64,000 nt of DNA from the NCBI RefSeq assembly GCF_009914755.1, contig NC_060925.1; one strand, 5' to 3'. The notes under the pieces were generated by a model. The model was not told the origin of the DNA. It ran no database searches and saw nothing but the letters and a program-made list of their open reading frames with translations. The DNA comes from the human T2T-CHM13v2.0 reference genome, Homo sapiens. The position numbers and the translations under genes are program-made. Shown here in pieces: positions 26,172 through 40,642 of this stretch; the stretch's first letter is position 1; each line of letters starts with the position of its first letter.

Positions 26172-29100
26172 GGAAATAGGGAATTCAAATTTCTTCCAGT
26201 CTTGAAAGGATTGATAGTCTATGTGGACAGAGCATAGATGTAAATAGATTTTTAAGAAAACAAGGTGCAGACATGAATATTTAAAGAACTTTCTAAGGAC
26301 TACAACAATTGACAGAAACTATCTCAGAGATCTGTGGGGCAGGATGTAACTCCAAAGGCTTGCTATCCACTTATAACCTCTTCCACTGGCTAAGGGAGAC
26401 AGCAGGGACACACTGCATAGAAACAGGAAGAAAGCAATAATTAATGTTTTTTAAAGAAAACCATTAATAGTTAATTAAGAATTAAGGGCCCATGGTCTCT
26501 GAGGTTGGAGTCATTTCAAAGTACTAGAAAAAATGAGCATAGGGAAGAAATCATATTCATAAGTACCTTGCTCTAATATTTCCAAATGTACATCAAGAGA
26601 AACTGTTGCAACTTGCTGACTTTAAAATTCTAGCCTTCTCTGGCTTCATGAAAAACTTGCTAGCCTCCTGCAAAGTTACAGTTCAATCTGCTTCACATTG
26701 GGTAAAACAATACCCAAGGTACAGAGGTGCTGAAAGGCTTAGTTATTGTTCTTAAGGGAGTTGACAATCTTGAATAAAAAGCACTCTTAGTGCAAAGTAG
26801 AATTGTAATCAGTGTCATTGTCATTTGAACCACATTGTTTGCAGTGTAACCAATTGTGAAACCAACATAAATTCAAAAACTAAATTAGAAAAACAGATGC
26901 TTCTTTTGTTTGGAGATTTTAGTCCCATCTAGCCATATTGTATATCATTTTCTTTGACTTACAACACATAGAAAGAAAAATCAGAGAGCATAATACAAAA
27001 ATGCAGAAACATATTTAGCAAATTTGTGGATTTCATAAGTCATTTATAAACTTTGGATTTACAAACAATTTCAAAGGCTTTTGAAAATATTTATACACAC
27101 AAGAATCTCTATAATACTACATATAATTATACCATGGCTTTTCCAAAGCATATTCCAGAGATAGACTTTCAGCAGAATATCAAGTTTCCTATTTGGGGTT
27201 TGTCTTGGAGACAGTGAACAATTTATTTTTCAGTCTCTGTCTCCACTGATGCTTGTGATTAAGATAAATACATTGGTGCAATGAGAGAAAAGAGATTTAT
27301 CTTGTACATAATTTCTAAATTGACTTGTGACATTAGGAAGTCGATCTACCCAGAGTGGAATTTATTTCTTCAGTTCACTAAGTTCCAACTAATTTTTGTT
27401 TCTCCACAGTCTCAACTATTTTTTAAGGAAACTGAGAAGTTCACTTTTAATGTTTCTGAACTACCAGACTTCCTATGATTTAAAAAATAACAACTATAAA
27501 TTTGCATGAAATCTTTGGCATTATATACTCAAGTATAGCTTCAATTCTGGGCCAATATACAATGCTGATTTGTGTAGGACAAATATCTAGAAAAATAGGT
27601 ATTTTTGAAAAGAAGATAAATACTCTACCAATGCAAGTTCAAGATGAAATAAGAGCTACATGCACACACACACACACATAAACACACATCCATCTGCATC
27701 ACATATCTCATAAGCACTAAGGGAAAAAAAACACACTTTTGTGTTTATGATGTTAATTTTAAGCAATCAAAAGTATAAGCAATAACATATGTTTTGCCAA
27801 GTTTACAGTACACCATTGTGGGTATAAGCATAGGGAGTTAAGCTTTGTTTTCAATAGGCTGAGGTGCTTGCATTTTGTTTATATCAACATTTTACTTCCA
27901 ACAATTTTTTAAAAAGTCATCTTATTTGTAGTCCAAATAGTTCTTGGTAAAACACAAAATCTCTTAGTGAGTAGAGTAAGAGCAAATCGGGGCCACTAAA
28001 AATAAATTTCCTCTTTTTTGCAAATGAGACAAAAACTGTTGTGGGGGCAGTTAACAAGGTCTAGGAAACCTCAACCTGCTACCCCAAACCTTTTGTCTGA
28101 CTACGTGGATAAGAACAGATGACAGGAGAGTGGGTGGCTTCCTGGAGAGAACTTGGGCTTTAACTCTTATTAACTGTGTTTCCTAGTAGAGTAGCATCTG
28201 TGCATACTAGATGTGTAAGCTTCAACAAATGATCTTGCCCTGAGTCTGTTTTATTGTCTGTAATATGGGTAAAATAATATATTTTTATGAGATTAATTTA
28301 AGGATTTGATGGCACAATGCATGCAGAATCATTAGCATAGAACATATACTTGATATTTCTCAATTCTTCTTGATTTCCCCTTCCTGTCTTTCTTTCCTCA
28401 TTTTCAAACATATCAAAATAAAACTGAAAAAGTATAAAGTATGTCACGGGAAAATTTAGAATAAAATATATTTTATTTTTTTCTCAACATTAGAAAGTTA
28501 GTCAACTAAAAAATGAGCAGCTATCATACCAATACATCGTTTAGTATAGGGTAGTCAGTTGACCCACACAGTAATATTAAGTAAATTCAGCTGTCTTTGA
28601 ACAAAAGGAAAGAGTAAGCAAGCAAAAGAAAGAGAGAAAGAACAATTTAGTAATTACAGAGGATTCTTCCCACCATTCTAATAATGAATGGAGTATGAAT
28701 CACCTAGCAAGCAAGAGATGGCAGACATGATTTGGCTTTCCATTCAATCATCACCCATCACTGAAAGATGCTTATTTTCATTACAATATGACACCTAAAT
28801 TCATGCCAACTATTTCATCTGAAACTCAACCAAGAAAATGGCAATCTGTTCTAATGCTGAAGGAAAATACTGGTTTTCTAGTCTTCAACATGACCTTTCA
28901 GAGAGATTTTCAATGGACTTTTTAAATATACATATATATGATTTTCTTCACACCTCATAACTTTAGAGCTTAAATTCACATTTGTCACTCTACTGTACTA
29001 ATATTTAAGTACATAACAGAATTTAACATTGTATTATCATTAAGGAGCATATTAGAAAGTTAAAATATTCTATAAAATATACTATATAAGCAATACATAT

Positions 29101-30964
29101 GTTCAGATAATTTGTACTTTTGGTTATTAAAAAGAATTTTTAACAATAGGTCATCAAATTTTTGTAGTTGAAGAAATATTTTCAGATTTTGCGATTTAGA
29201 ATTGAAATTTCAAAAGAACATAGACAGTAAAAGTAAATATTAGTGAAATATTGAACTAATTAGAGGGAAGCCAACTGAGATATTTCTAAAACAAACAAGA
29301 AAACTAAGTGTATTTACTACATTTGTAGGGTAATGGGGAAGCCAAATAATTTTCATGGGTTTCAGAATGAATGATCAAGGTGGAAAGCATAGAAAAATAC
29401 TTGGGAACACCTGATAAGCAAAGAGTACCAGCCCCATACACACACTTACATGCACCATACACACCCACCTGTTACTCAAGTTTTCAGAAGTGAAGCCACC
29501 AAAAGATTAAAATAAATATTGGTGACAAAAGATAGGTGCTGCTGGAGTAGATCAAGGTTAATGGAGTTCCTTGAACTCTTTGGGATATCAAGACCAAAAA
29601 TAAAAGCTTCCTTTGAAGTTTGTTATCTGGAGAATCAGACAGACTTCTTACTCTTCCCTGGTTCTAGGGACCATGTGACAATTTATGGCAAATGACATTA
29701 GATATTAATCTTTGATATTTAGTAGCATAGATCATAAGCCTTTTTCAAATCAGGTAGCTAGAATCATATTTTCAAAGTACAAGCCCTTAATTTCCATAAA
29801 AACTACAAAAGGTGGAGGAGGACATTTTATTGAGATTATTGTTAGCCAGCCACCCACACACATGGGATCCAAAGTATAGTGTTCTTTGCTTCACATTCAA
29901 ATCTAAAATCCAGTGCATACTGAGCCCATAGTGAAATGTGGTTACATAGACCCAACAGACGAAAGGGAGGCAACAAAGGAGACTGAGAAGAAATGGCTAG
30001 GATTTTCAGAAACAAAATTAGGAGGCTGAGGTAATCACTTGTCTCTTCAGGGATCTGCTACTTCTTGAAGAGGATTTATGGGATGTTACAGGTTTCTGAG
30101 GCTTACCCTCTGTTGTCTATAACTGCTTATTCATGCAGGACAAGAGAAGAAGGTTAATAAGTACCCTCAGGGATGTAATACTGAAGGACTTTGGCCCTAG
30201 GTAAATAAAAACTCCACCATTTTGTTCATTTTAAGACTGGAGTTCTGGTAGATAAGTCAGGTAATGTGCAGTGAAGAGCTATCTATATCCAGATATCATA
30301 GAACAGATTGAGGTGTCCTAGACCATGGCTCAAGATATTGCAATGATGGCATAAGATAGTTGGTCAAAGAATGAACAATACAAGAGCTGAATAAGCATAA
30401 AATAAAATGTAGGAGAAGAAAAGGAAGCCATCTTTAATACCAGTTATTATAAAGGACAAAGAATGTGAGTGAGAAAGATAGCTCCTTGTAATTCAGAAAA
30501 AGAAAGAAGCAAATCAGAAAAGAGGACATAATCAAAACTTGAGGTCAATCAGCATAATAATTTTAGGGTATGGGTAATCAACAGAGTAAACTTACAGTCT
30601 TATTAGATAAAGGTAAATACTTACTATGAATAATAAAGCACTTATGCCATGTGCCTCAAGCTTAGAATCCAGAATTGGAAGTGCATAACTTAATGGAAAA
30701 AGTCCACAGAAAGTATACAAAGCTAGATAGATCTGTATGTCCATGAAATATAAATTTGTGAGGAAATCCATGAATCAGAAAATGGCTGCAAGCTGGCAGA
30801 GTCTTATTGGAAGCAAAGAAAAGAAGGCATACAAGTAATATTTATTTATGTGGGACACTTAAAGCTTTTCAGCCAGAGAAAATGGAAAATGCATTACTGT
30901 CATATATCACAAAGCACATATAAAAGCAAAATATGGTAAAGATGGTGAGCTTTGGATATCCGGA

Positions 30965-31568
30965 TTTATTAGTTATTTATTGCTCTGTAATGAGTTACCA
31001 CAAACTTAGTGGCTTTAAAAAAACACCCATTTATTTGCTCAGGATTCTGTAGGTCAGAAATCTGGCACAGTGTTGGCATGTTCTCTGGTCAGGATGTCAC
31101 AATGCCAAAATCAAGGTGTTAAACTCAATTGCCATTTGGACCCTGGGATAGAATCCACTTCCAAGATCATTCAGGTTTTTGGCCAAATTTAGCTCCTTGT
31201 GGTTTTAGGACTAGGGTCTCTGTTTTCCTTGTTGACTAACAGCCAGTGGCTGCTCTCAGCTCTTAGAAGCCATCTACATCCCATGCCACCTGCCACCTGG
31301 TTGCCTTCATCTTCAAACTAGCAACTGTGTTTTGCATCCATCTCCTGCTTTGAATCTCTGACTTACTAGTCTGTGAGCAGACAGAGAAAAATTTAGTTTT
31401 AAAGAGCTTGTGTAATTACATTAGGCCCACCCTATCTTAAGGTCAACTGTGCCAAAACTTAATAATGGGAGTAAAATCCATCATATTCAGAGTCCCAGGA
31501 ACTAGGCAGGGAATGAACATGAGGGGGTGGGAAATCTCGAGGGCCATCTTAGAGTTCTGCCTACCACA
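30965..31568 (-). mobile_element. MLT1E/D-like MaLR solo LTR
   Basis: 'tattagttatttattgctctgtaatgagttaccacaaacttagtggctttaaaa...gggccatcttagagttctgcctaccaca'. Confidence 0.85.
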
Positions 31569-32644
31569 GTGGACATCCGTCATGGGTCTTCCTCAGCAAA
31601 AGCAGAACAAATGATCACTGGTGACGTGATAAACTACTGACTTCTCCATAAGGCATGCGAGCCTCCCTCTGCTCTGCTCTGCTCTGTTGTAGTCCCTTGG
31701 GATACTATATCCCTCTCTCGTGCTGCCCTTAAGAGAAGCAGTACCAAACTGGAACATGTTTAGAGATAAAAAATGTTCTTGCAACTGTGTATAGAAGGAA
31801 AGCCTGAAGGGTCTGAGGGTGTTTAGTGTGTAGGATAGGGGTCATAGAGACAAAATTAATTATTTTATTGATTTAAAATATTTGCAGTGTTGCCACAAAG
31901 TAAATATTCACTGTGGGTCTTTAAGGTGTACAGTAACAATGAATAGGTGAAGGCAACAAGAAAGAATTCTAGTGAGAGACATAGAAGGAATTGTTATGAA
32001 AAAAATTATGGAAAATCCCTGGATATACCTAGCTACTTTATCAGATACTTTATTCTTTAGAATATAGGTAACTAGAAATTAAAGAATAAAATGAATTTAT
32101 GATCAAATTGGTAAAAGAAACTCTAGGTTAAGCAAGTAAGCAGCCTTTTCCTCCCACTGCACGATTTCTCAAAGACTTTATTATGGTCCATAATTCTCAG
32201 AAGGAAAGATATGGCATGCAAAATGTTTCAGGTTAATAGAACATCAAACATATTTTTCATTTAGACACCTTTAGGACAGGTATTTTACAAACTTTGCTTG
32301 GTAAACTGCTGTGTGTTATGGGGAATTTTTGTATCAGAGAGTGGTTCAACATAACCACTGCAATCTCTTTTTCTATTTCAGGACACATTTGGGTACTTAG
32401 CTAGAGCTGAGCCATCTTTATTAATGTGAGCTGCATATCTACACGGCAGCCACAGAAAATGAGTGGTACCTATTTGAATGCCTATGGGACTTAACTGGAT
32501 TATATATATTCTCACAGAAATTAGTTAGAAAACGGTGCTCAAAACTTTGCCTCCTCAAAGTATAAGTAACTGGATGAAAGATCACCTGAGCAAAATCAAT
32601 TGTGAAAAACTTGTTCCAGATTCAACAAAAATTATTAACAATAG

Positions 32645-33009
32645 TATATTAGTTCATTCTCACACTGCTGATAATGACATACATGAGACTGGGTAATTTA
32701 TAAAGAAAAAGAGGTTTAGCGGACTCACATTTCCACTTGGCTGGGGATGCCTCACACTCAGGGAAGAAGGCAAAAGGCACATCTCACATGGCCTCAGGGA
32801 AGTGAGAGAATGAGAGCCAAGCAAAAGGGGAAGCCCCTTATAAAATCATCACATGTCGTGGGACTTATTCACTACCACGAGAACAGTATGGGACAAACCA
32901 CCCCCATGATTCAATCATCGCCCACCGGGGTCCCTCCCACAACACAAGGGAATTATGGGAGCTACAATGCAAGATGAGATTTGGGTGGGGACACAGCAAA
33001 ACCATATCA
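32645..33009 (-). mobile_element. Solo THE1 LTR (THE1B/C-like)
   Basis: 'tatattagttcattctcacactgctgataatgacata...gggaattatgggagctacaatgcaagatgagatttgggtggggacacagcaaaaccatatca'; near-TSD aatag/aataa. Confidence 0.92.
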
Positions 33010-35739
33010 AATAATGATGGCAATTAAGAAATTATTGTGATCTGCTATTCTCAGTAAATAATTCAGAAAAAATCTCAATCTTCATGATTTGTAAATAGTT
33101 GAAAGCTAGTGCACTTAATCAGCTTGGGAGTTGCATCTTGGCTGTTCTCATAAATCTCTTGTTGAGGAAGTTCATTGCTATAAAAATGTTAGAGGTTTTC
33201 CCTATTGCTTCTTTGAATACTAATCATTCCACCTTCCTTTTATATAACACTTTGACGAAATGAAGCTAAGACTATCCTGATATGGTGAAATATTTCTCAT
33301 AGTAGATTCTCTGAGCTTCATTATAGAGAATGTTGCAGTCCAATAAATTCAGCCGGTTTCGTCATTTTAAAATTTTTATTAAAAAATCTTTAAGATAAAA
33401 TAAAACTAACTCTTCTTAGCCTCAGTATACCAAAAAGCAGATATTAGTAGGAAAAAAAAATAAAAGGGAATACCTTCCGAAAGAATCTCACAATTCCTGA
33501 GCTGAAAAAAAGGCCTTCTATATTCCTAATTCCAGCTAAGCAGGTAAAAAAATCTAGTACTAAAGAGATAGCAAGGTATGACTGGAGCCCAGGCCATCTA
33601 ACTCAGTCCAGGTCTCTTACATTAGGTTTTAGTTTTTGTAACTTTGTTCTATTATCTATACTCCTCATTATCTTTTATGTATGTGCGTGTGAGAAATATT
33701 GTACCATAAATATGATAAATTTATTTTGTAATTATCTGTCATTATATAATCAAATGTCAAATAGTCAAATATCCAAGGTAGACATATTTAGTTATAATAT
33801 CATTTCTAGTAGCAAACCTTGAAATCTCTAATCATACGTTCTCCATATTTATTTCTCTTCACTGATGACTGATTTTTTTTTTACTACTGTCAACATCAAA
33901 ATATATGGAAAATCCATTATTTCAAAAGAGCAATTTCAGACCAATTTTCAACAGAAAAGTACTCAAATAATAGGCTCTAATGTTCTTACATGAATACTGT
34001 ATAAACGTGTCCGTCCCTGCAGAAGTTCTTATCATATCCTGCAAAATAGCAAAGCTATCAGTTACTTTCAGTAAAGAAACAATTTCCATTTTACTCTAGG
34101 CCTGTCTTTTGGGTTACATCAATGTCTGTAATTCACATTTCTAATTTTAAGTTAATAAAATTTGATATTCTTCCTGTTAATCACTGTAAGCATGGGGGAG
34201 GATCTGAAAAAAGGTGAGATGCGGAAGACATGTTTTAATAAGAAATTCCTAAATGGAACTTGATTTTGTAAAAAAGAACTTGACACAAATATAATATTCT
34301 TAAAAATAGAACATCTCAATCTGTCCAAAGACAGGTAATATCCATGTAAAAATTCTCATATTAACCCACCAATGTCCTTCAGACTGTGTTGAGAAGCACC
34401 AACTCTCAGGTTGGGGGAATAGTTTATCCTCCCAGGTCCACTCAATTCTTGGCCTATAGGCTGAGATTGCCACCTAGGGAGCCAATTAGTGCCAAATATG
34501 TTGGTGGTTTTCTGATGTAGGAAAATCTCCCCTAAGAACTGGACTGAGAAGAGCCATCAAATGATAGTGACTTTCAGTCACTAATGATCTGGGATTTAAA
34601 TAGAGACTTTTAATTGGGTTACCAAGCAACCTGCAAATATTTTGGTGATACCTGCTGAGTCAATTGGGTAGTTTGTAACCCACTCTTCTCTGATTATGTA
34701 ATCTTTGATATGAGTACATTACATGTTATAAATGATCAGCATGGTTTTTTTTTTCTTTGTCATTAGCCAAGAAAATACATCACTGAGTCTTTTGTTCATT
34801 CCTTGCATTATGTTTCCATGTGTCCAAAAGAGGGTACACAGAGTAAAGAGTGGTTATAGGGAATAGAGAATAAGTATTCATTAAGCCATCTTCTTATGCC
34901 CCAGTCTTCTGCTAAGTAGAGTTAGACCTCGTGACATCAGAAAAGGCTACAAGCAATTGTTTTGTAAATCTTATTTCCACTTAATTAACAAAGCTGGAAT
35001 TTCATGTCTGTTTCTTAGATCATTTTTTAAAACATAAGAAAGTGAAATGTGAGTGTATTGTTATATGGTTTTGTTTTACCAGAGTTTTACTTTCAAATAA
35101 AACTTTCAAGAAAAATAAATTCTGCCTCTCGTTGTTTCCAGATGCCTCTGTCAGTTGCTGTGGTCCAGCATATTCACTTTTTCCTGACTGCTCCTGTCAT
35201 TTCCTTCTGTCTTTCTTGCTCAGCTGCCTCACATGGGTCTCAATCAGTTCCTTAAACTACAACCTTGAGTTGTCTTGCCCCCGTTTGGGGTGGGTATTAT
35301 TTTTCCCAGTGCTACTGTTCTGCCCCTCTGGCTTTTAGGTAACATTTCACATTGGCTTTCAACCTTACACGTCTCCAGATACACAGTGGGCTCTTCAGAA
35401 ATGCTGCCTTTTCCCTTTGACATGTGTGTGTGGTGTAACTTTCCCACTGTAGATGAAGCAGTGGCCAGACCTTTCCTTCTCCCAGCTTTTCTTCTATAGC
35501 CAGCTTTTCCTTTCTCACTCATTTGAACTCTTTGCTAGTAGGTATTCCTATGGGAAGGTGTACACTGATGGTCTGGCTTTGTGTTTCTTTGAGAGCATTC
35601 TCCTCTCCTTTGAGAACTTGTACCATGTGAGAAATAACATCAGTAGACCTAACTTTTCCATTCCTAGTTCTATTGCAAATGCAAGCAGTCGAGCAAATGA
35701 TAACAAATCATAGTGCTGTTTCAAAGGTTGCATTCACAG

Positions 35740-35900
35740 GACACTTAGAGCTCTCGATTGCATTTCACAAATGAGGAAACCGAGGGCCCAACATGTTAAA
35801 AGGCTAGCAAATGTTACATAATTAGTAGAAAATGACTGGGAATTAAATCTTGTCTATAACTCCTAATCACATGTTTTGTACGGTACTTCATGGTGTCTCA
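35740..35900 (-). mobile_element. MIR SINE, antisense
   Basis: 'catttcacaaatgaggaaaccgagggccca'. Confidence 0.65.
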
Positions 35901-38212
35901 TTTGATCACTGTATTCCTGACCCAGTTTCACTTGTCACACTATGTGTTCTAAACAGAAGTTAAAGTGGCAGCAGATTCGACATGTTTTATATGGAGAGAT
36001 TTCATTCATAAAATACAAAATGAATGACAATATTATCAAGAAGGGAAATTGAAATAAAGAGAAAAAGTCATGTGAAACATATTTAGTTGTGAGTTGAAGC
36101 TCTAAATGCTTATACAAGAGGAAAGAATGTCCCATGTCATTTTATGTATCATATACCTGTGAACCACTGTCATCCTGCACACCAAAGTGTCAAAAATTAA
36201 GTGGGAAAAAATCATACACCTAACAAGATGTTCTTTCAAAGGATTATCCTATTAGGTTTGGGGTTGGAGAAACACCTTTCTGTTGTATCTCAACTTAGCA
36301 CTGGGGCTTGGGAAGGTGTCTAGGGAAAGCCCACCTCTTCCTTACAAACTTTCCCAAATGTGAGTTTTATGTTGAATCCCTTATAAGATTACTTCCAAGT
36401 TCCTTTTGAGCTGAATGATCAGCTGGGTTCCCATTAAGAGCCTTGGCAAAGAGAATTCTTAAATGTGAGCTTGCCAAAGTATGAAATGTGATTTCTGATA
36501 GTTGTTTTTCCTTTTTCATTTTTTTCCTCCTCCTTACTCTTCTCTGACCAGCCTGAAAAGTGATACAAACCAGACTGGGAACTACATGCTTGCAACAGAG
36601 TAATACCCTAATTATCATCCTCTTAGTAAGGGCTGCTTTTGACAGGTGTCAACTAGATTTAAATGGTTGGCTGCTGGGTTCCTTTTCTTTCCCTTTTTTC
36701 TACACTGTCATTCCTTGAGGTAGGGTTAAATGCTGACATCCCTTTGTGCTTAACCAGAGATAACTATCAAAGCAATGTATAAATTACAGCTCCAGTTACT
36801 GATGCTTAGGAGGCTCATCCACCTCTAATGACAAGATATCCAATCAACCTGGGCTATAGTTTTGTGAACAGAGTTGTGAAGTTTGGTTAATGAAATCTCA
36901 CATTTCACATGGTTCCTGACTGTATTTTTAGATACTCTTACAAGCAGGATATCCTAGTTAGTTATTCTATCTTTTTATCTCTTGTATGAATAAATTACAG
37001 AGTTCTGCTTCTTATCAAAGAAAGCATTCACTCATCATCTGGGAAACACAAAACACTTTTTAGACCATAAATTATTCCTAAAGAAAATCTTAGATGAGTT
37101 GGGTACTCCTTGTCGTGTATGTATATGTGTTTGTGAGAAAGAAAGAATGTCTGCTTGATGGCATTCATTCTAAATGATCATAGACAGACTACCCGATTGT
37201 CATCTTACCTGTCAGTCCTTAAAGCAAACTACCCTAGAATGCAAACAAGCAAGCCACCACCAAAAATATCCTTTCCAACTCCTTGACCAACCACTGTGAA
37301 TGACTGAATACAGCCAGTTCCTCCTATGGCATTTTCTTCCGGCTTACTGGCAGAGAATGTGATTTCGTGGTAGACTGGTAGACGGTTGGAAAATGACCCC
37401 TTATAATGATGGAATTTACATAAATAAATGCTGATAGCACAAAACAGATAATATGCTGTGGGTATCATCACAATAAGTTGTCTCCCACTGACACAGAGTC
37501 TAAGTTGGAAGCACACAATTATGCAAATCAAACTAATGCCAGTTGCTCATTACTGTCATGGTGGTAAAGACAAAAACATATCCTCCATAGACAGCTCAAG
37601 ACTGGGCCACAAGCCAAAATGTTTGGTTTTGCTGACACAGTAACTGAGTCAACAAAAATAGGATATAATAGTAATACATCAGGGGAACCCACATCAGGGC
37701 AGACCTGAAGCTTAATGGACTGTGAATCCTATGTCTGTGCAGAGCACCCTTTCACTGGTATTGACCCATAATACGTCTGCTTCCACATTTGCCAATTATG
37801 TAGAAATAGATTACAGAAGCAAATTTTTTTAAGACCTGAAATGTCTGCAAGATATTCTATTAGCTTTTCCTAAAACAGATGATATGACATTTGTAAATAC
37901 TAAAATAATGTCACATATCCCAGGCTAAAACACTTCCCAGAATATTTCAGAGTACCTGCTGCTGTTTGATCCAGGTTTGTCCTGAGTTCTCATTATGGCA
38001 CTGAAGATGTTTTCAAACAATAGAATGCTCATTTGCCACATAGACATCTTTCCTATCTTTAAAAAAAATAGAATAGCTGTCACCAGGAGAATATTTAACC
38101 CTGAATATTTCACAGAACCTTGAAAACAAATATGGCCCTATTGTAGGTTAGTGAAGCAACAGGTGCTGACCGACCAATTTAATCCATTTCTCTTCTGAAT
38201 GACAGGGTAACA

Positions 38213-38708
38213 TGTGGTGGATTGATATTATAAATGGTCCTGATGCTTCACCCTTCACGATATTCATGCCCTTTGCCACAAGATTTTGCTGCTCTTCTCA
38301 TCAAGAAGTATCTTTCCTTGCCCCTTGGCTCTGAGTCTAGTCATGTGACTTGTCTTGGCCAATGGGATGGAAGCAATTTTGCCAGAAGCAAACGCATAGA
38401 AAAGCATCTGCACACTGCCAAGTCAGCTTATGCTATGAGGACACTGTCTAGGAAGAACATGCTTGGCCTTGCTTGCTGGAGAGCAGGAGACACATGGAAG
38501 AGAGCTAAGTTGTCCTACTAAGGCCGGCCTAGGCCAGCCAACAATGAGCCAGCCCCTGGACAGCTGAGTGAGCTCAAGTCAGAACCACCTAAATGAGTCC
38601 AGCCTACATCATCCACAGATTCAGGAACTAATAAATGCTGAATGCTTTAAGCCCTTGAGTTGTATATTGTTTGTTAAGCAGCATTATTGTGTTAACAGAC
38701 AACTGGAG
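38213..38708 (+). mobile_element. MLT1G/H-like MaLR solo LTR
   Basis: 'tgtggtggattgatatta...catgtgacttgtcttggccaatgggatg...ataaatgctgaatgctttaagccc...tttgttaagcagcattattgtg'. Confidence 0.8.
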
Positions 38709-38814
38709 AGTTTTCACAAAGTTTTACAATATCAAAAAAATACAAGAAAAATATACTCTATAAATAATGCAAGAAAAGATTATTTAGTCACCAGATTTAA
38801 AATACAAACACAGG

Positions 38815-39530
38815 AAAAATGGAAATTAAATCACAATGAGACACCACGTCACACCTGCCAGGGAGAACTATAATCAAAGACAGACAATAACAAATGTTTG
38901 CAAGGATATGAAGAAATTGGAGCCTTTGTATGTTGCTGTTGGGAATATAAAATGGTGCAGCCAATTTGGAAAACCGTCAAACAGTTCCTCAAAATGTTAA
39001 ACATAGCAATACTCCTCCTTGGTATTTACCCAAGAGAAAGGAAAACCTAGGTCCATGCAAAAACTTGCACAAATGTTCATGAGAGCATTACACAAATGGC
39101 CAAAAAGGAAACAATTCAAATACGGATCCACAGATGAATGAATAAACAAAATTTGGTATATCCATACAATAAAATATTACTCAGCAATAAAAAGGAATGA
39201 AGTACTGATATATGTGATGATATATGAGTCTTGAAAACATTATGCTGAATAAAAGTAGCCAGTCACCAAAGCCCATGTATTGCCTGACTCTATTTATACA
39301 AAATGCCCCAAACAGGCAATTCTATACATAAAGAAGACAGATTGATCATTGCAGAGGTGGAGGGCATGGGAATTAACTGCCAAAGAGTACAAGGGGTTTC
39401 TTTTCAGGTAATAAAAATGTAAACTTAGATCATAGTGATCATGGTGATGGTTACACAGCTCTGTGTTATGCTAAAACTCATTTAATTGTCAATAAGTGAT
39501 TTTTATACTATGGGAATTATATTTCAGTCA
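38815..39530 (+). mobile_element. L1MB/L1ME 3' fragment
   Basis: 'aaattaaatcacaatgagacacc...gggaatataaaatggtgcagcc...actcagcaataaaaaggaatgaagtactgata'. Confidence 0.88.
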
Positions 39531-40471
39531 AGCTGGTAAAAATTACATAAACACTTCAGCCTCATCTTCTGACCAAAACATGGCTTGTTCCTTGTTTTAG
39601 GCTCTCTTATATCTACCTTCTTGATTGGAAGCTTTATAGTGAAAACAGAACAAATCAAAAGTCTTAGTATTGCTTCTTTAGAATCACACACGTATTTGCT
39701 ATATTTGACACATTTGAAAAGTGAAATAATGAAGAATTTTTGATGTTCTATAATAGACACTGATTTTTCACAGAACTCCAGCTCTGTCTTTCATTATAAT
39801 GTTTTCTGTGATACTCATGCTCGGCTTGCTCTTAAAACTCATCTGTGAAAAAGAAAGGGCACTACTTGCCACATCTTAGGGTTTGCATATCAAGGCCAAC
39901 TTCAGTGTGTAAACGACACTTGCACCAGGCATGCTTGGAGCTGTTCCCAATTTCGTGTTCACAGCCTCTCCTCCAGCAGCAGGTTTGAGGTTTAACTTGC
40001 CCAGTTGTGAGAACTGAGTAAATAGACAGCCCGCAGTGCTGTCATCTAAGTTACCTCTTCTGGAACCCCCACTCACTGCTCCCCGCCACAGCTTTTCTTC
40101 AGCTCTTCATGGTTTTTGCCTAAATTACCACATTTTCCGGACTAGCTCACTTGCTTCTGGTTTCACTCCCCTCGAGTCCACTCTCCTAATTGCCCCCAGA
40201 GTGATGGTTGTGAAGTGGGTATCCTGGCCATTTCATACCCTTACAAAAAACAATTCTAGTGGCTTCCAATCCGTCCAGATAAAAGAAAAAAATTCATAGT
40301 ATAACTTGGAAGGCCTTTCATAATCCGACAGCCGCGGGAAATCTTGCCACTCCCTCCCCTTGGAGCTAATAAACATTTGCTGTTCTCTCTCGTGCCTTCA
40401 AATAAGTGCTCCCTTGTCTTTATGTGTGGTAGAGGAGAAGAAATTAAAATTACAAATAAATTAAATATATT

Positions 40472-40642
40472 GGGAGAGACAGAAATGGGGAGTTGCTGCT
40501 CAACAGGTATAAAGTTTCATTCATTCAAGATGAAAATGTTCTAGAAATCTGTACAACATTGAATTTAGCGTTAACAATACTGTACTGCACACTTAAAAAA
40601 TTTAAGAGGGTGTATCTCATGTTATATATTTGTTACAATAGA
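40472..40642 (+). mobile_element. L1MB 3'-terminal fragment, within L2 relics (~40000-41300)
   Basis: 'gaaatggggagttgctgctcaacaggtataaagtttca...caagatgaaaatgttctagaaatctgtacaaca...actgtactgcacacttaaaaaatttaagaggg'. Confidence 0.8.

Noticed and set aside
27385-32385. Isolated good plus-strand acceptors (ctaatttttgtttctccacag at ~27410; ctcttttttctatttcag at ~32381)
   Set aside because: I found no convincing paired donor at exon distance; such sites are common in AT-rich DNA.
34565-34583. Hairpin tagtgact-ttc-agtcacta (terminator-like)
   Set aside because: An 8-bp stem is expected by chance in 64 kb, and there is no prokaryotic context.
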